Assembly: GCF_006345805.1 (NCBI RefSeq)
Contig: NC_043000.1
Location: forward strand, 51,274,001 to 51,338,000
Source: Octopus sinensis
Lineage: Eukaryota
DNA: 64,000 nucleotides
Reading direction: 5' to 3'
Within the stretch, counting starts at the first letter, position 1. The number at the start of each line of letters is the position of its first letter. Made by a program: the position numbers and the translations under genes. The notes under the pieces were generated by a model that made no database searches, was not told where the DNA came from, and worked only from the letters and a program-made list of their open reading frames with translations. Positions 1-13,240 of this stretch are shown here, piece by piece.

Positions 1-1248
1 CAGCTAAAATAAGATCGATTTCTTTATTTAAATCCAACTTGTCACTTTCTCTCGAGCTTCATACATAGACTATATCCCTCCCCACCACCACCTTCTCTGA
101 TACATTGGTGATTCTAAGCCCATACATACATCCATACATTTCCATGTACCGAATTCACTTCCTATAAATACCTTGTGCCAAAGCATTTTGTTGTATTTTG
201 TACATTAGGTTTGAAGGCACTTTAAGAATTCCTTTAGTTACTTCTCATCCACAAAGCAACAATGCATGAGTTTATTGTCAGTAAGATTGTAACTCAACTA
301 AACGACCAACAACAATATTGAGTATTACTTAAATTTCAATGAACCTCTACATCGTCACATTCTGCTTGCTAGAAATAAATATCAGTCAAATTTGTGACCA
401 ACTTTAAAAGACAGAAAGGAAATGTTAAATATTTTGGTCTTTGACATTCATAAAGATAGAATGGTTGTAACTGGAACATCTTTGATCATAGGTTCACTCT
501 ATCATATTTGTCTTGTGGGTTCAACAGTAACAACAACAGCAATGCAAAATTAATTATTGTTTCAGTTTTTTTAAGAACACCTTTGAAGGAAACATTTGAT
601 TAAAATAAATATTGTTTATGTTCTCTAAAACTCTGATGGTTGATCTCAATCTGAAGTGAACTATATAGTGTAGCCTGATGATATTAATTGTACAAGTTCT
701 GAAACCTTAAAAATATTCAGTATTAATATCCGCTCACATCAACTTTCACAGTAGAAATCATGGTATTAACAAAATTCCTTTGCAGACATGATTAACTTGA
801 TAATTAGAGAAAATTGCAATAACTCTTTGCATTGTCTGTTTTTAATGAATTATTCACAATTACACAACTTAGAAATGTTTTAAATGAAGTGAGAACTGCA
901 TAATTATTAAGATCATGAAGCCTTATAAATGTGCTTTATACATATTTCAAGTTGGGGTAAATAGGTTACACTGAAAAATTATATGTCTAATTTCTGACAA
1001 AGAATACTAAAGAATAGAAAATATTTATGATAAATAGCTGATATTATCTGCAGAATATTCCATACAAAGTTTTGCTTCAGATGAAGTCATCATCATTATT
1101 ATTACAGCAACTCATAATTTAAATTTTTTTGTAGATTTCAAGTTCAGAATTTGGTAAATGATTTTTGCACTTAAAGTTGTTGATTGTTGAAACTGCCAAA
1201 TTATTCACTAGTAATTAATTGTTTTATTATTTTTATATTATTTTCCAG

Positions 1249-1457
1249 GTGTACAGACTTTTTAAAATTCTTCTTGGATCTCGATCGAGCAGAAGTGAAC
1301 CAATACAGTAGCTGGAATTATGAAGTGTGTGGCAACATTAGCACCATACAAAAGAAACATTATTCATCTGGACGCAGTCTCATCTTAGAATTTCATTCTG
1401 ATACGGGCCCTGGAAATTACACTGGATTTCGAGGAATATTCCAGTTTTTAGACAAAA
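1249..1457 (+). CDS. Internal coding exon, C-terminal half of a CUB domain (multi-CUB extracellular protein, possibly SOL-1-like)
   Basis: Acceptor ttttccAG at 1247-1248 and donor GTAAGT at 1458-1463. Translation CTDFLKFFLDLDRAEVNQYSSWNYEVCGNISTIQKKHYSSGRSLILEFHSDTGPGNYTGFRGIFQFLDK shows CUB hallmarks (C-x-D-x-L, x-C-G, L-x-L-x-F-x-S-D, G-F-x-x-x-F/Y). The exon ends in phase 1, typical of CUB module boundaries. The SOL-1 resemblance is from memory only. Confidence 0.88.
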
Positions 1458-2389
1458 GTAAGTGATGACTAAAAATTAAAAAAAAAAAACAAAACAATGT
1501 TGACCTTAAATTATTTTAATCACAAATTATACTAAAGTATTTGTTTATACCTTACCTTGTTACAGTTTTCACCCATAATCGCTATCAACAAATATAGAAA
1601 GAAATATTAATGTTAAATTTATCAAACTATTTTTACATCATATTCCAGCTTGCAGTTTTTGACCTTATGCTTAATAGGGTAATCACCAAAATATATTAAC
1701 GACTGAAACCGTAGCAAGTTTTGCTAGTTAAGAAAAAAATAAAGGCAATTATTTCAGAATTTTTAGAAAATTTCTTAGTTTCATCCATAACTATCAGCAA
1801 ATAAGTGAAAGTTGATTACTCTTTTTTCTGACATTTTTTTGCATGATATTTCTTCAGGTACATATTGGGTTCCAAAGCATTTAATTAATTTAAATTAAGA
1901 ATATTTATTATACTCACAATAGAAATTAATCAACTGGAAATATTCTTAAACATTCTCTTAATATACTTACAGTTAAAGTATAAATGAGAATTAGACATAT
2001 CAAATATGTTTAAATCCCTCAAATGTGCTGAAAGGTAGCTTGGAAGGTATATATAAGAATTTTAAATCTAAATTTCTAGTGTATAAGAAATGAAATGTTT
2101 TCTGGGGTTGTTTTTTTTTATGATATTCAATATTAGATGAAACTGGGGATTATTTTAAGTAATATTACTTAGATAGCAACAACTTATGAGAAGATATGAT
2201 AAACACTATTTTTTGTAATTTATTCTGTTGTTAGGATCAGAAAGAACAAGTGATATACACTTGTGTTTATCATAATTTCTCTCACATTTACTCTGTATAT
2301 CATAACCAATAATAGTACTTAGTGGCAGCCAAACCATTGTACTGGAAGCAGACTGGTTTATGATAATATATATGTAGTTTCAAATTGAA

Positions 2390-2558
2390 TGGCTGTGTGG
2401 TAAGAAGCTTGTTTCCCAACTACATGGTTCTGGGTTCAGTCCCACTGTTTGGCACCTTTGGCAAGTGTCTTCTACTATAGCCTTGAGCCAACCAAAGCCT
2501 TGTAAGTGGATCTGGTAGACTGAAACTGAAAGAAGCCCATCATATATATATATAGATG

Positions 2559-2590
<32 letters not shown>

Positions 2591-2820
2591 TGTATGTATG
2601 TATATGTCCCTCTGCCCCCACCATCACTTGACAACTAATGTTCGTGTGTTTATGTCTCCATAAAGTAGTGGTTCAGCAAAAGTGGTTGATAGAATAAGTA
2701 CCAGGCTTACAAAAAAAAAAGAAAAAGAAAAAAAGTCCTGGGGTCGATTTCTTTGCCTAAAAGGTGGTGCTCCAGCATGGCCGCAGTCAAATGACTCTAA
2801 CAAGTAAAAGAATAAAAGAA
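2390..2820 (+). mobile_element. Octopus-type tRNA-headed SINE (family A) with internal microsatellite
   Basis: Head ggctgtgtggtaagaagc...ggttcagtcccactg...accttTggcaagtgtcttctactatagcc (CORE-like motif), internal (TA)/(TATG)n, tail ...aaggtggtgctccagcatggccgcagtc...aagtaaaagaataaaaga. Homologous to at least 8 other copies in the window. Confidence 0.85.
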
Positions 2821-4639
2821 TATATGTATACATACACACATTCATACACATATATAGATAATATAAAGGTTTACACAAAGTATATTTCTTATATATATAA
2901 TAATGAGTTATGAGAAGTATAAACTTCAGTCCTTTTGGTAGTTATATGTTGTAAGTGTTATTGACTTTAAAATCTACCTTTCCATTTTAAAATGTTAAAG
3001 ATGTCACTGTAAGAAATTCATTTTTGAGATATAATGTAAATTTTATTTGCGATAAATGCCAATTTGAAACAGAAAAATAGAAACAGGACCTTTAAGTATA
3101 GATATATAACATTTAAATGGTGACAACATTACTGATTATACTACAGATTCACTGCCATTTCATCTCCTGAATCAGATACTATATTTGGTTTTAGCCGTTT
3201 TTAACTGTACTAATTTATCTCCACTAGGTAATTTATCAGTCACTTAACACTGCTAGGACAGGCTTGTTCAGCACAGTTGGTTCAATGTTTATGATGAAAA
3301 ATTACATCTGTCTGTACATTTGAGTATCTGCTTATGAATTACTTGGATCAAGTATATTTATTGTCAAATAACACTTGTAATCATAATCAATCAAACATGA
3401 TGTTAAAATGGTACTATTTTAAAATAAAAGGAAAATTATCATGGTGTGTATTCATCTGTATATCCATCCTTTCTTACATAAATATTCAAGCACACATTCA
3501 CACATATATGTGCACATGCAAATACAAATATAAGAGGCATTTAAGTAGGTGTGTGTGCTTAACGGTACCACTTACATTTACATATACATAAACCCTCATA
3601 TACATATATATGTAATATATGTATATTATCAACAATGTTTAAACATCCATTGTTCTATGTTGGTATAAACATGACAAACAATTTGCATATGTCTAATATA
3701 ATCTCACAGTAAAATAATTTTGGCACTAAAACTGCGAGTTGGCAAGAAATCTTTCTTGTTCAATATGACATTATCGATATATAAACATAGATTCACATCA
3801 GCTGGTATCAATATGACAATTTCTGATGAAAATTAATTAGCTAAGCCTCTTCTCAATAATAGAGCTAATTAATTCATTCTATAAAAGTTTATTTAATATC
3901 CCTTTCTTTTTATTTTGAAATGTGCTTGACTGAAAACATCTGAAATCTTCCATTGGTCCATTCTCCTATGAAGGCCAGCAGGCTAACTACATTGATAAAA
4001 CATTGATGTAAACTATCTTCCTCCATTTCTCATTGCACATATAGTTATCTGTACTTGTTGTGTAGCCACAAATGGCACTTCTTGTACAGATGCATTAAAG
4101 ATTAACTATAAAACATAATTTACTCTGATCTTGAGCATTGTACATGTTTTCTTTTTCCATAACTCTATATCTACTTTTGCACCATCCTGTATGTTTGGAA
4201 AAGAGACGATATGGTTACAGTTGCAATGCTTGTTCAAGACAAGCCTGGTGTTAACCATTTGCCTTCCCTGTGTGTAACACATGATATACAGGGCATAATT
4301 CCCTGGTGTTCATGAACCATTTATGATACATATTCCCATTTCTTTCAGCCACTAGAGTAATTTGGGAATTATGACAAGAACACTTTTATATCACTCAGAA
4401 TGTGTTAAACAATGGTTAGCTAAGAGTCTGAAAACAAACATGTATGTTTAGAACAAACTTATGAAAATGCTTTGGACACAAACAAAAATAACATTGATTT
4501 CTTTGTTGTAGTTTGTGCAACAGTGAAATGCTAACAGAATACTGAGCCATATTCAATTCATCTACACTATTGAACCTTATTGCTCTCTTTCTGATGTTGA
4601 TAGAAAAGACATTTCAAAGTTTTGCTCATATTCATTTGA

Positions 4640-5600
4640 TCATATTGAAATTGACACAAATGTCATTTTCCCTGATCGTAGCTTGGATTATCTGCATACA
4701 GAAATTCCTCTCAAACATTTAATCCTGAATTTCTTTGTAATAATAGCAAAGACATCAATGAGGTCACAAGTGCAGAAGACAGAACAGGAATGAAAGTTAT
4801 CTTGAAACACATTTTTTTTAAAGTTTGAAATATTTCAATGCTCTTAATGTTTTTATGCAACATATTGACTTATTTTATGATGCCTGCTATTCTACATAAG
4901 CCTAATTTCTAAATCTCTGTCTACTTTTAATGTACACTTTTCTTATTTCTTACACTTCGTATACATCAAGCTTGTCATTTGTATATTACTACCTCACATA
5001 CTGTGATCCACTTCATTTCTAAGTACCTTGAGCATTTTCAATTGAACATCTGGGTATCCGATAATACTGGGTTATTTCTTATTCAACCCAGCTATATATC
5101 ACTCTTAATAATGTTTGTACAAAGAAATTAGGCAAATGATTTTTAAGTTGGTTTTCAATGGGTCATAATTGACTTTAAGTTTTCCTGAAACTTTTATTCA
5201 TGAGTGAAAGAGCTCAAGTAAGAGCATTGTTCTCATCTTCATTGCCATCAAATTACTCATTTGTCTATCACTATAGAATATTAACAAGACACAAATTACA
5301 CTGGAACTTTGTGCCATTAACTGACAATAGTCTTTCCCAGTTATTAAGAAGTCATTAAATTTACCTTAGTAGCTGGTAATAAAAATTCTACAAATAAATT
5401 CTGTTTAAAATTGCTTAATCTTCAGCATATGATATTAATTACGTCCAGAAATTTTCCTAATCCTTTCATTCTTAATGCTGTTCTCTGTAGAAATGGTCAT
5501 GTTAATTGAGAAAGAAGGCTGCATATATTCTTTATAGCCTATGTGTCATTGACTCTTGATATTCTCCTTTGTATAGTGGTTCTCACAAAAGTATAGCATA
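4640..5600 (-). mobile_element. Highly degenerate LINE reverse-transcriptase remnant (RTE/CR1-like)
   Basis: Frameshifted minus-strand peptides CSLLSQLT*PFLQR, YAED*AIL and IKCLRGISV resemble RT motifs GCxLSPxLF, YADD and MRCLRRI in the right order; many stops. Confidence 0.3.
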
Positions 5601-5773
5601 AGGTTAATACGTATCTAAGAATGGAAATATCTCTCACCTACCTCAGTATATTTCATTGGTGTTCCTCTACTCTTGATGAAAACTTAACATTTTTTACCTC
5701 AGCACCTACCTTTCCTTTTTTTTTATATATCTCAAGATCTCATATATATATATATATATTATATATATATATA

Positions 5774-6284
5774 TGAGATGTAGTCAAAAAGTATCCAATC
5801 TTTAGCCAAAATACAAGTAATATTAAAGAACTCACCATTTTGATTTAGTTTCCCTCAAAGTATTTCTCTTGGGCATCTACGCATTTCTGCCAGCATTCCT
5901 GCCACTGCTGGAAACATTTCTGGAAGTCACTTTTTGGGATGCTGTAGAGCTGTGCCATCGAATTTTGCTTAATGTCCTCTATTGATTCAAATCTTCTCCC
6001 TTTGAGTTTTGGGAATAGTTAAAAGTCACATGGATCCAAGCCTGATGAACAAGTGATGAGGAATTTTTGGATGGTGTGGGCAGAATGAGTGGGTGTGTTG
6101 TCATTGTAGAGTTGCCAGTTCTTTGCTGCCCACAGGTCAGGTTGTTTACTCCACACAGCTTCACGAAAGTGACAAGGAATACCCAGGTAGCATTCTTTGT
6201 TAATTGTCTGGCCACAATGTGGCTCATTGTCCACTGAGGTGTGGCCGTCTTTGAACCGAAAGGGCGGATACTTTTTAACTACAC

Positions 6285-6288
<4 letters not shown>
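5774..6288 (-). mobile_element. Internally deleted mariner (irritans/Hsmar2-like), 515 bp
   Basis: TIRs TGAGATGTAGTCAAAAAGTATCC / GGATACTTTTTAACTACACCTCA (2 mismatches) with TA on both sides. The minus strand encodes transposase C-terminal fragments QPDLWAAKNWQLYNDNTPTHSA, SSGLDPCDF and FESIEDIKQNSMAQLYSIPKSDFQKCFQQWQECWQKCVDAQEKYFEGN*. Confidence 0.9.
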
Positions 6289-6356
<68 letters not shown>

Positions 6357-7049
6357 TATTCCAGTTATTTTCATGTACCATACAAAATAATATTCTGAAC
6401 AATACAATAAGTTTCTATAATAGTATCAACTGACGTCATGTATTATAGTTTTTACCTGTATACTTATATCCTCTTAAACCGTAATTTGCACGTATGCTTG
6501 TTTTCAATGGTCAGACTTGACTATACAAATATATACCTCACTAATCATGCATATAACCCTTTTTGGAATCTGAGACCATTTTTCAATTAGTTTTTTTTCC
6601 TCAAATACTTCTATTTAAACTTTTAAAAATATGAAGCTGGCAGAGATATGGCACGATGCTAGTTGCTTAATTGTATCTACTTGTTAGCAAGACACATTCT
6701 TAGATTTACTACTGTTTTGTTTATCAGTATCTTTTAATACTTATATTTTTTTGGAAAGGATAATATATCTTATAATACAAATTTTATTTGTGTCTATGTG
6801 TATATATATTTGTTTATGCAGACATGCTTATGTTAACATTGTGTATGGGTGTCTATTCATATATCTATATCATATATTTTCAAATCTCTTCAATCTTTTT
6901 CTTTCTATATGTCACATAAGGAAGTGAAATGGTTAAGTCAAATGAGCTGTAGTGAGAATGCATTGTGGTACACGTTCTGGCACCCTGTACTTTGAGTTCA
7001 AATCTTGATGTCTCACTTCCTCTTTGTCTGTCTGTCTGTCTGTCTAAGA

Positions 7050-7390
7050 CAGTATTTCTCAACCTTTTTACCATTGAGTACCCCTTAAAATAAATTGCAT
7101 GTTTCAAGGAACTCCTGCACAAAAAGAATATATACCATATATTTCCTGTGCTTTTTCATCATAGTTCATGTGGTAAATATCATATTATATATATATATAT
7201 TGATAACATAATAGGTTAGATAGCATGATGTCTATATTACAATATTACAATAACCAATAATATGCTGTGCTTGATTAGTACTATTACAATCAGGAAATTA
7301 GCATTAGCTTATCTCACTCTTTCTTGCTGAACCCCTACGAACCTTTTGTTGAACCCTAGTGTTCTAGGGAACCCCAGTTGAGAAATGCTG
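7050..7390. mobile_element. hAT/Charlie-type MITE with perfect 8-bp TSD
   Basis: TIR CAGTATTTCTCAAC ... GTTGAGAAATGCTG. Identical 8-bp flanks GTCTAAGA at 7042-7049 and 7391-7398, close to the Charlie NTCTAGAN target preference. Confidence 0.85.
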
Positions 7391-7617
7391 GTCTAAGAAA
7401 TCAACTGTGGCCATCTGGAAAAGATGATCTCCATTGGATTAAATAAAATGGCCTATGCATGTCATATATCACCACAGTAACAGTTTAGATCCAAAGGCAA
7501 TGTAATCATCATCATCATTTCATCATCACGTTCCTTTTTCTATATGAATTGTATGTTTGTGTGTGTGCACATGGGTGTATGAATGTGTATGTATATGTGT
7601 ATATGTATGCATATATA

Positions 7618-7672
<55 letters not shown>

Positions 7673-8383
7673 GCACGTGTGTGTGTATGCCAATTCTCCT
7701 TGTATTGAATCACGATGAATACATTTCAGAAATTTAGTAGTTTTATTTTATTTACTATGCATCTCATTCAGTGTCAGTATTATTATCATACCAAATGCAG
7801 CAATGAAATTTGGAATACTATTTTTCTATTCTTAGGAAAGTACATTAACTTTCAGAAATAGGTTTTATAAATCAGGATTTAAAGACATAATCATAATCAT
7901 TCTTCAACAAAACTGTATTCATTGCATGTGTTTAAAATTAATACTACATTAGATAAAACTAATTAATTTTTCTGTTTTATTAGATGTTCCAGTAATCACA
8001 GGTTTTCTTATAGCATTACTGTATCACTTCCTATTGCAGTCCTTTTTTGCTTTATGGCATTAGTTTGTTGCATACTGTTATCCATAGTTTCAATTTTCTT
8101 TTTTTGATAACCTGCCACTAAAAGTGCAGTGCAAATTTCTTTTGGAATCTCAGAAATGTTCCTATAATGCAACAAATGGTGCTCTTAGCAGTTGGTGCAC
8201 TTTATTTCACCAAATGATAGCAGGTGGATCCTAGATATTAAATCTCATGGTTTGATGACAGCTGTTTTAAATAAGCAGGGAATGATTTTCCAGGCAGTAG
8301 TGGAGGTTATAATATATAATTTACATACAACATATATCTATCTATCTATCTAACCATAACCCCTCTCTCTCTCTCTCTCTCTG

Positions 8384-8414
<31 letters not shown>

Positions 8415-8427
8415 GCATACACACATC

Positions 8428-8460
<33 letters not shown>

Positions 8461-9581
8461 GTGCATGCATGCACACACATAATTATACACATATTCATAG
8501 TGCACATACTTATTCATGTATGCAAAATGCGTGATTTCTTTTTTTACTCTTAGAGTTTTGTTAAGTGATCAGATAATGAGCTCTGAGTAATATCACAAAA
8601 AAATTATTAAAACTGTTATAAGTGTTTTCTATGAAGTGGGTGTTCAAACTGTTGATAAACAAGTTTGGATTGATATCACCTATTGATAACATGCTAGATC
8701 CAAAATAATGAGCAGTTTGTTTAAGAGTTTCTAGCATTTTTGTTGATTTTAATTTTTTTTTTATTTAATAAAATATATACTAGCTTATCACAAGACTATA
8801 GATATGCTCAAATGATTGTGCTTGCATTTCTTTTTATGTATCTCCCATTTTTTTTATCTCCTTTGTAACAAAATAAGATCTGGTTGCTTTGAAATTCTAA
8901 AAGGTTTTTTTGTCAGTTTAGATAGGGTTGAAGCAACTCTGTTGCCATGAGCATGTTCATATTCATATGTGCATTCTTTGTCAGTGGATGTAAACAGAAA
9001 AAGATACCTATGTTTTTAAATTTTTGGTTTAATCTAATCAACACATTCTAGTCTTTTCTGCACTTTGAGAAGAAAGCTCACTCTTTTTAGGTTATTTTAT
9101 AAGTGTTTTTGTTATATAGTCATGTGACTTTACATATGGATGATGTACACATAATTACAGTATCAAATCTGTAGCTTTTATATTAATTTCATACATGTTA
9201 TCATTGTTTGCAACTGTTAGGGAGATTTCTGTTGCCTAATAGCTGAGGCATTTCAATACGCTGTGCTACTGGCATTCATTCTTGAATATGCATTTTATTC
9301 TTATATCATTCTCTGAGTACTAGTAAAGTAAACTTGAATATCATTTAAAATGAGAAAGGCATATTGAAATGAAAAATATACAAAGGCTTTATTTATAATA
9401 AACTAAAAATATAAAGAAATAGGAATAATGTTGAACTTACTTTGTTGCCAACATTCAATATACTTGTAGAGAACATCAGGTTTGTTGCATTTACATGTAA
9501 CAGGTTCATTTTTATAGGTATTGCTATTTATGAAACTGTAGAAAGTTTTCTTCCTCAAATACTTATTTGCTTCTTTTAAAG

Positions 9582-9830
9582 TAGTGGTTCTCAACCAGGG
9601 TTCATATGATTCTTGGGGACCCATATAAGATTTTGTTGTAAAATTTATGTGCAATAAACTGGTTATATTTCTACAATAGTGGCTATGTGGTAAGATGCTT
9701 CCTTCCCAACCACATGGCTCTGGGTTCAGTCCCACTGTGTGACATCTTGGGCGAGAGTCTTCTACTATAGCCTCAAGCAGAACAAAGCCTTGTGAGGGGA
9801 TTTGGTAGAAGGAAACTGTGAGAAGCCTGT

Positions 9831-9899
<69 letters not shown>

Positions 9900-9952
9900 T
9901 TAACAATGATAAATCTCAGAGCGAGTTATAAACAGTAGCGGTAACATTGTTA

Positions 9953-10021
<69 letters not shown>

Positions 10022-10409
10022 CATATTTATGTGTGTATATCTTATGTCTGTGTTTGTTCCCCACACATCACCTGGCAATCAATGTTGGTGAGTTTACATC
10101 CCCATAACTTAGTGATTCGGCAAAAGACACTGATAGAATAAGTACTAGGCTTACAAAGAATAAGTCCTGGGATCGATTTCTTTGACTAAAACCCATTAAG
10201 GTTGTGCTCCAGCATGACCACAGTCCAACGACTGAAACAAATAAAGAATAATGCACAAAATATTTGAACAAATTTTTTACGCAATTCCTAATAATATTTA
10301 ATTATGAGGATATTGTAGGATTTTTTAAAACATTGAATGGTTATGGAAATCCATCGAAGTAAAAGAGAAATCAAAGAGGTCCATAGATAAAATTTGTTCA
10401 GAACTACTC
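9582..10409. mobile_element. Older hAT/Charlie-type MITE interrupted by a family-A SINE
   Basis: Left TIR TAGTGGTTCTCAACC, decayed right TIR TGTTCAGAACTACTC, degenerate TSD TTTTAAAG/TTCTAATG (6/8 match). Confidence 0.55.
9680..10250 (+). mobile_element. Family-A SINE with expanded internal (TA)n
   Basis: Head 9680-9830 and tail 10050-10250 match the 2390-2820 copy; two long (TA)n tracts lie between them. Confidence 0.85.
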
Positions 10410-12531
10410 TTCTAATGCATTGATTCTTGTGGATTGTTTTATGTGCTGGTTATTTTATATTACCATGGCTTTAAGGAAGTTATGGTGTTCAGCAATTGAA
10501 ACTCTTTCATATTAAGAATATTTTATCGGTAAATTAGTTCTTTCACTCATTAGGTATTTGATAACCATCTTCTGTGTTTGATTGGTGATAGAATGTCATT
10601 ATGCTATCATTATTATAAACTTGTCCTTTAGTTATGCATTCATATATGACATTCTGAACATATACACATGTATTTCTTATTAAAGATTCAGTTCTGGATT
10701 CAATGTTTATTGATTTCTTCAAAATTATACATGATGCTGTTACTTTACTTATGAGAATACTTATGATATATACTCATTTCTAACTTATGAAGAAAAAATA
10801 ATTTGGATATTATAAAGCACCTATATTTAAATTGTATCATCCAGAATATGTTTATTAGACTGGTACGCTTTGTCTCAATGGAATCGATGCATTTTAAGTA
10901 AGAGTGTGAATATTCATAAGATTATACACACTGTTATTTTTGGTATTATTCTCTTCTCATTCCTGTCTTTGGTAGAAATTCTGTTTAATGGCGGGTCTAA
11001 CAGAAAAAATACACGTAATGCATTGGATGGTTCACCAAGGAATGTTTCCAGTAAACAATTTGTTGAGAAGAATTTATATTCATGACATAATCGCATAATT
11101 TGATGTTTGTTTATCAGTGTTAGTTGGTGCATCTTTAATAGAGATTGGCACATTGATTTAATTTATGCAGTTTAATTAAAATGAGAATAAATATTGCCTT
11201 TCTTGATGAACTTTGATGCATTTTATGTGCATGTACTTGTATACTCACAGCAAATATTGTATATACTGAAATATACATTAAAGATATGCTGTGTGCATAT
11301 ATTAATATAGAAATTTATCTAGATATTTTACATTTAAAAGTCTGCTTTTAATTAATTTATGTAATATTTTAGCTAGTAGTATTATGGTTTTCCAAATACA
11401 ATTATCAGATTCAAATGTTTTATAACAAAATAGCTGTTAGATTAATATATAAGTTTTACATTTTCATAAACATTTTTTAGTAAATAATATTCAATTCCAG
11501 AAGAACAGGCTATTAAATTTCTTTCAATACTGTAATATGTTTTGTTTCCTAACTTTATAATATATATATATATATATATATATCTTTATTTTAATGCTTG
11601 ATTGATGCAGTCTTTTCTTTTCTTATCTGTCATTTTCATTTAGCAAGAGCACTTCATTTCTGAAGAAATATTTCTGAATTGCTTCAGGAAGTATTTTCAA
11701 AGTGGTTGATGAATCTCAAACTTTGAATATTGATCTACATTCATTACCACTGAGATTAGAGTAAGAGAAAACTTTCCATACACGTGATGATATAGCAAAC
11801 AAATTTTTCTCACCAAAGTTTTGTGGTTGATGTTAATATTCTAAGGAGAACACAAATCAGAAGACTTCTTTGAATATACCTAATGACAGTCTTTTTCATA
11901 TAAAGCATTGAGAATTAACTTCAGCATGTTTTTTTTGTTTTTTATTGTGACTACAAAATTAAAAGTACACCATTGACCTTTTACCTTTAAATTCAGATTT
12001 TTTCAGTTTAATATAGTAGAATGCAATAATTTTTATTACTATAATCACCATTGACAACATAATCACCATCAATCCCTTATTCTAAATTTCTGGAATCAAT
12101 AAAATCAGTACCACTAACATATATTCATTATTGAGGCCGACTTATAAATTTAGCATCAATTTTGTTGATAAAAACCCTATTTATAATTGCCATGATCTTG
12201 CCTTATAACTTAAATTAATTTTGAATATTTAATCTAAATTCATGAACAAAAGTTGTTTTCTTAGACATTTAAATTATATACTTTGATTATATGATGACGA
12301 TGATGATAAATGATCATCATCAATCCTATTGTCATTATGATCATATCTAAGTTCTTCCTCCTTGTCATTACCATTGTCTTTTCTTCCCTCACAATTTCTT
12401 CACCTCCTCATTGTCATCATCATCATCATCATCATCATATGTATCACATCACCAACATCTTCATTAACTCTCGTTTGATTTTATATAGAATAGTAATCAA
12501 CAGATTGATACAACATTTTGAATTATGCTCA

Positions 12532-12586
<55 letters not shown>

Positions 12587-13044
12587 TTTCAAACTCTTTA
12601 TGTATATACATATATAAATCTCTCTCGCTTTCTTTCTATATCTATCTGTATATCCATATAACTAGCTGTGTGTGCATGTGTATATGTATGCATAGCTATA
12701 AAATATGCATATATTTGTACACATGCTTGTATATAAATATTAATGCATTGATCTAGATATGCTTTTATTAATGTGTTTGTGTGTATATCTACATATATAT
12801 AAATGTAAATATGTTTTAATCAGCTATGTGTTGATATTAATACTAATATGCATATATTCAATAAGCACTGAAGACTTATAAGAATATCTAATAATAATAT
12901 AAAATAGGTACGAATGTATTAACATAATAAACCACTATGGTTGTAAACAATATCATGTCTCTTAAGCTTTTGATTTGTTGAACAAATCCCAGCTCTGAGC
13001 AAAGTTTCTCCATATTACAAAGGTGTGTAAGGCAATGAACTTGT

Positions 13045-13240
13045 AGAATTATTGGCATGCCATGCAAAATGCTTAACAACATTTCACTTATCTTCACGTT
13101 CTGAGTTCAAATTCCATCAAAGTCGATTTAACTTTCATTCCTTTCGGTTTGATAAAATAAGTTCCAGTTGAGTATTTGGGGTCGATGTAATCCCCTCTCA
13201 TGAAATTGCTGGCCTTGTACCAAAAACTGAAATCAGTATT
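13045..13240 (+). mobile_element. Octopus-type SINE (family B)
   Basis: ttctgagttcaaattcc...gtcgattt..ctttcattcctttcggtttgataaaataagttccagttgag...ggggtcgatgtaat...ggccttgtacc; homologous to the minus-strand copies at 32.8, 36.0, 36.3 and 38.3 kb. Confidence 0.75.

Noticed and set aside
1184-1248. N-terminal part of the 93-aa ORF in the track
   Set aside because: It is intronic polypyrimidine sequence upstream of the acceptor; only 1249-1457 is CUB-like.
1840-1900. ttcttCAG|GTACAT as a recursive site or short terminal exon (STYWVPKHLINLN*)
   Set aside because: Weak donor, no homology; expected by chance.
10859-11060. Small AG...GT-bounded open segments as candidate exons
   Set aside because: No CUB, LDLa or other recognisable motifs in any frame.
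12310-12756. 148-aa ORF with poly-His and TH repeats
   Set aside because: Translation of (CAT)n and (CA)n microsatellites.
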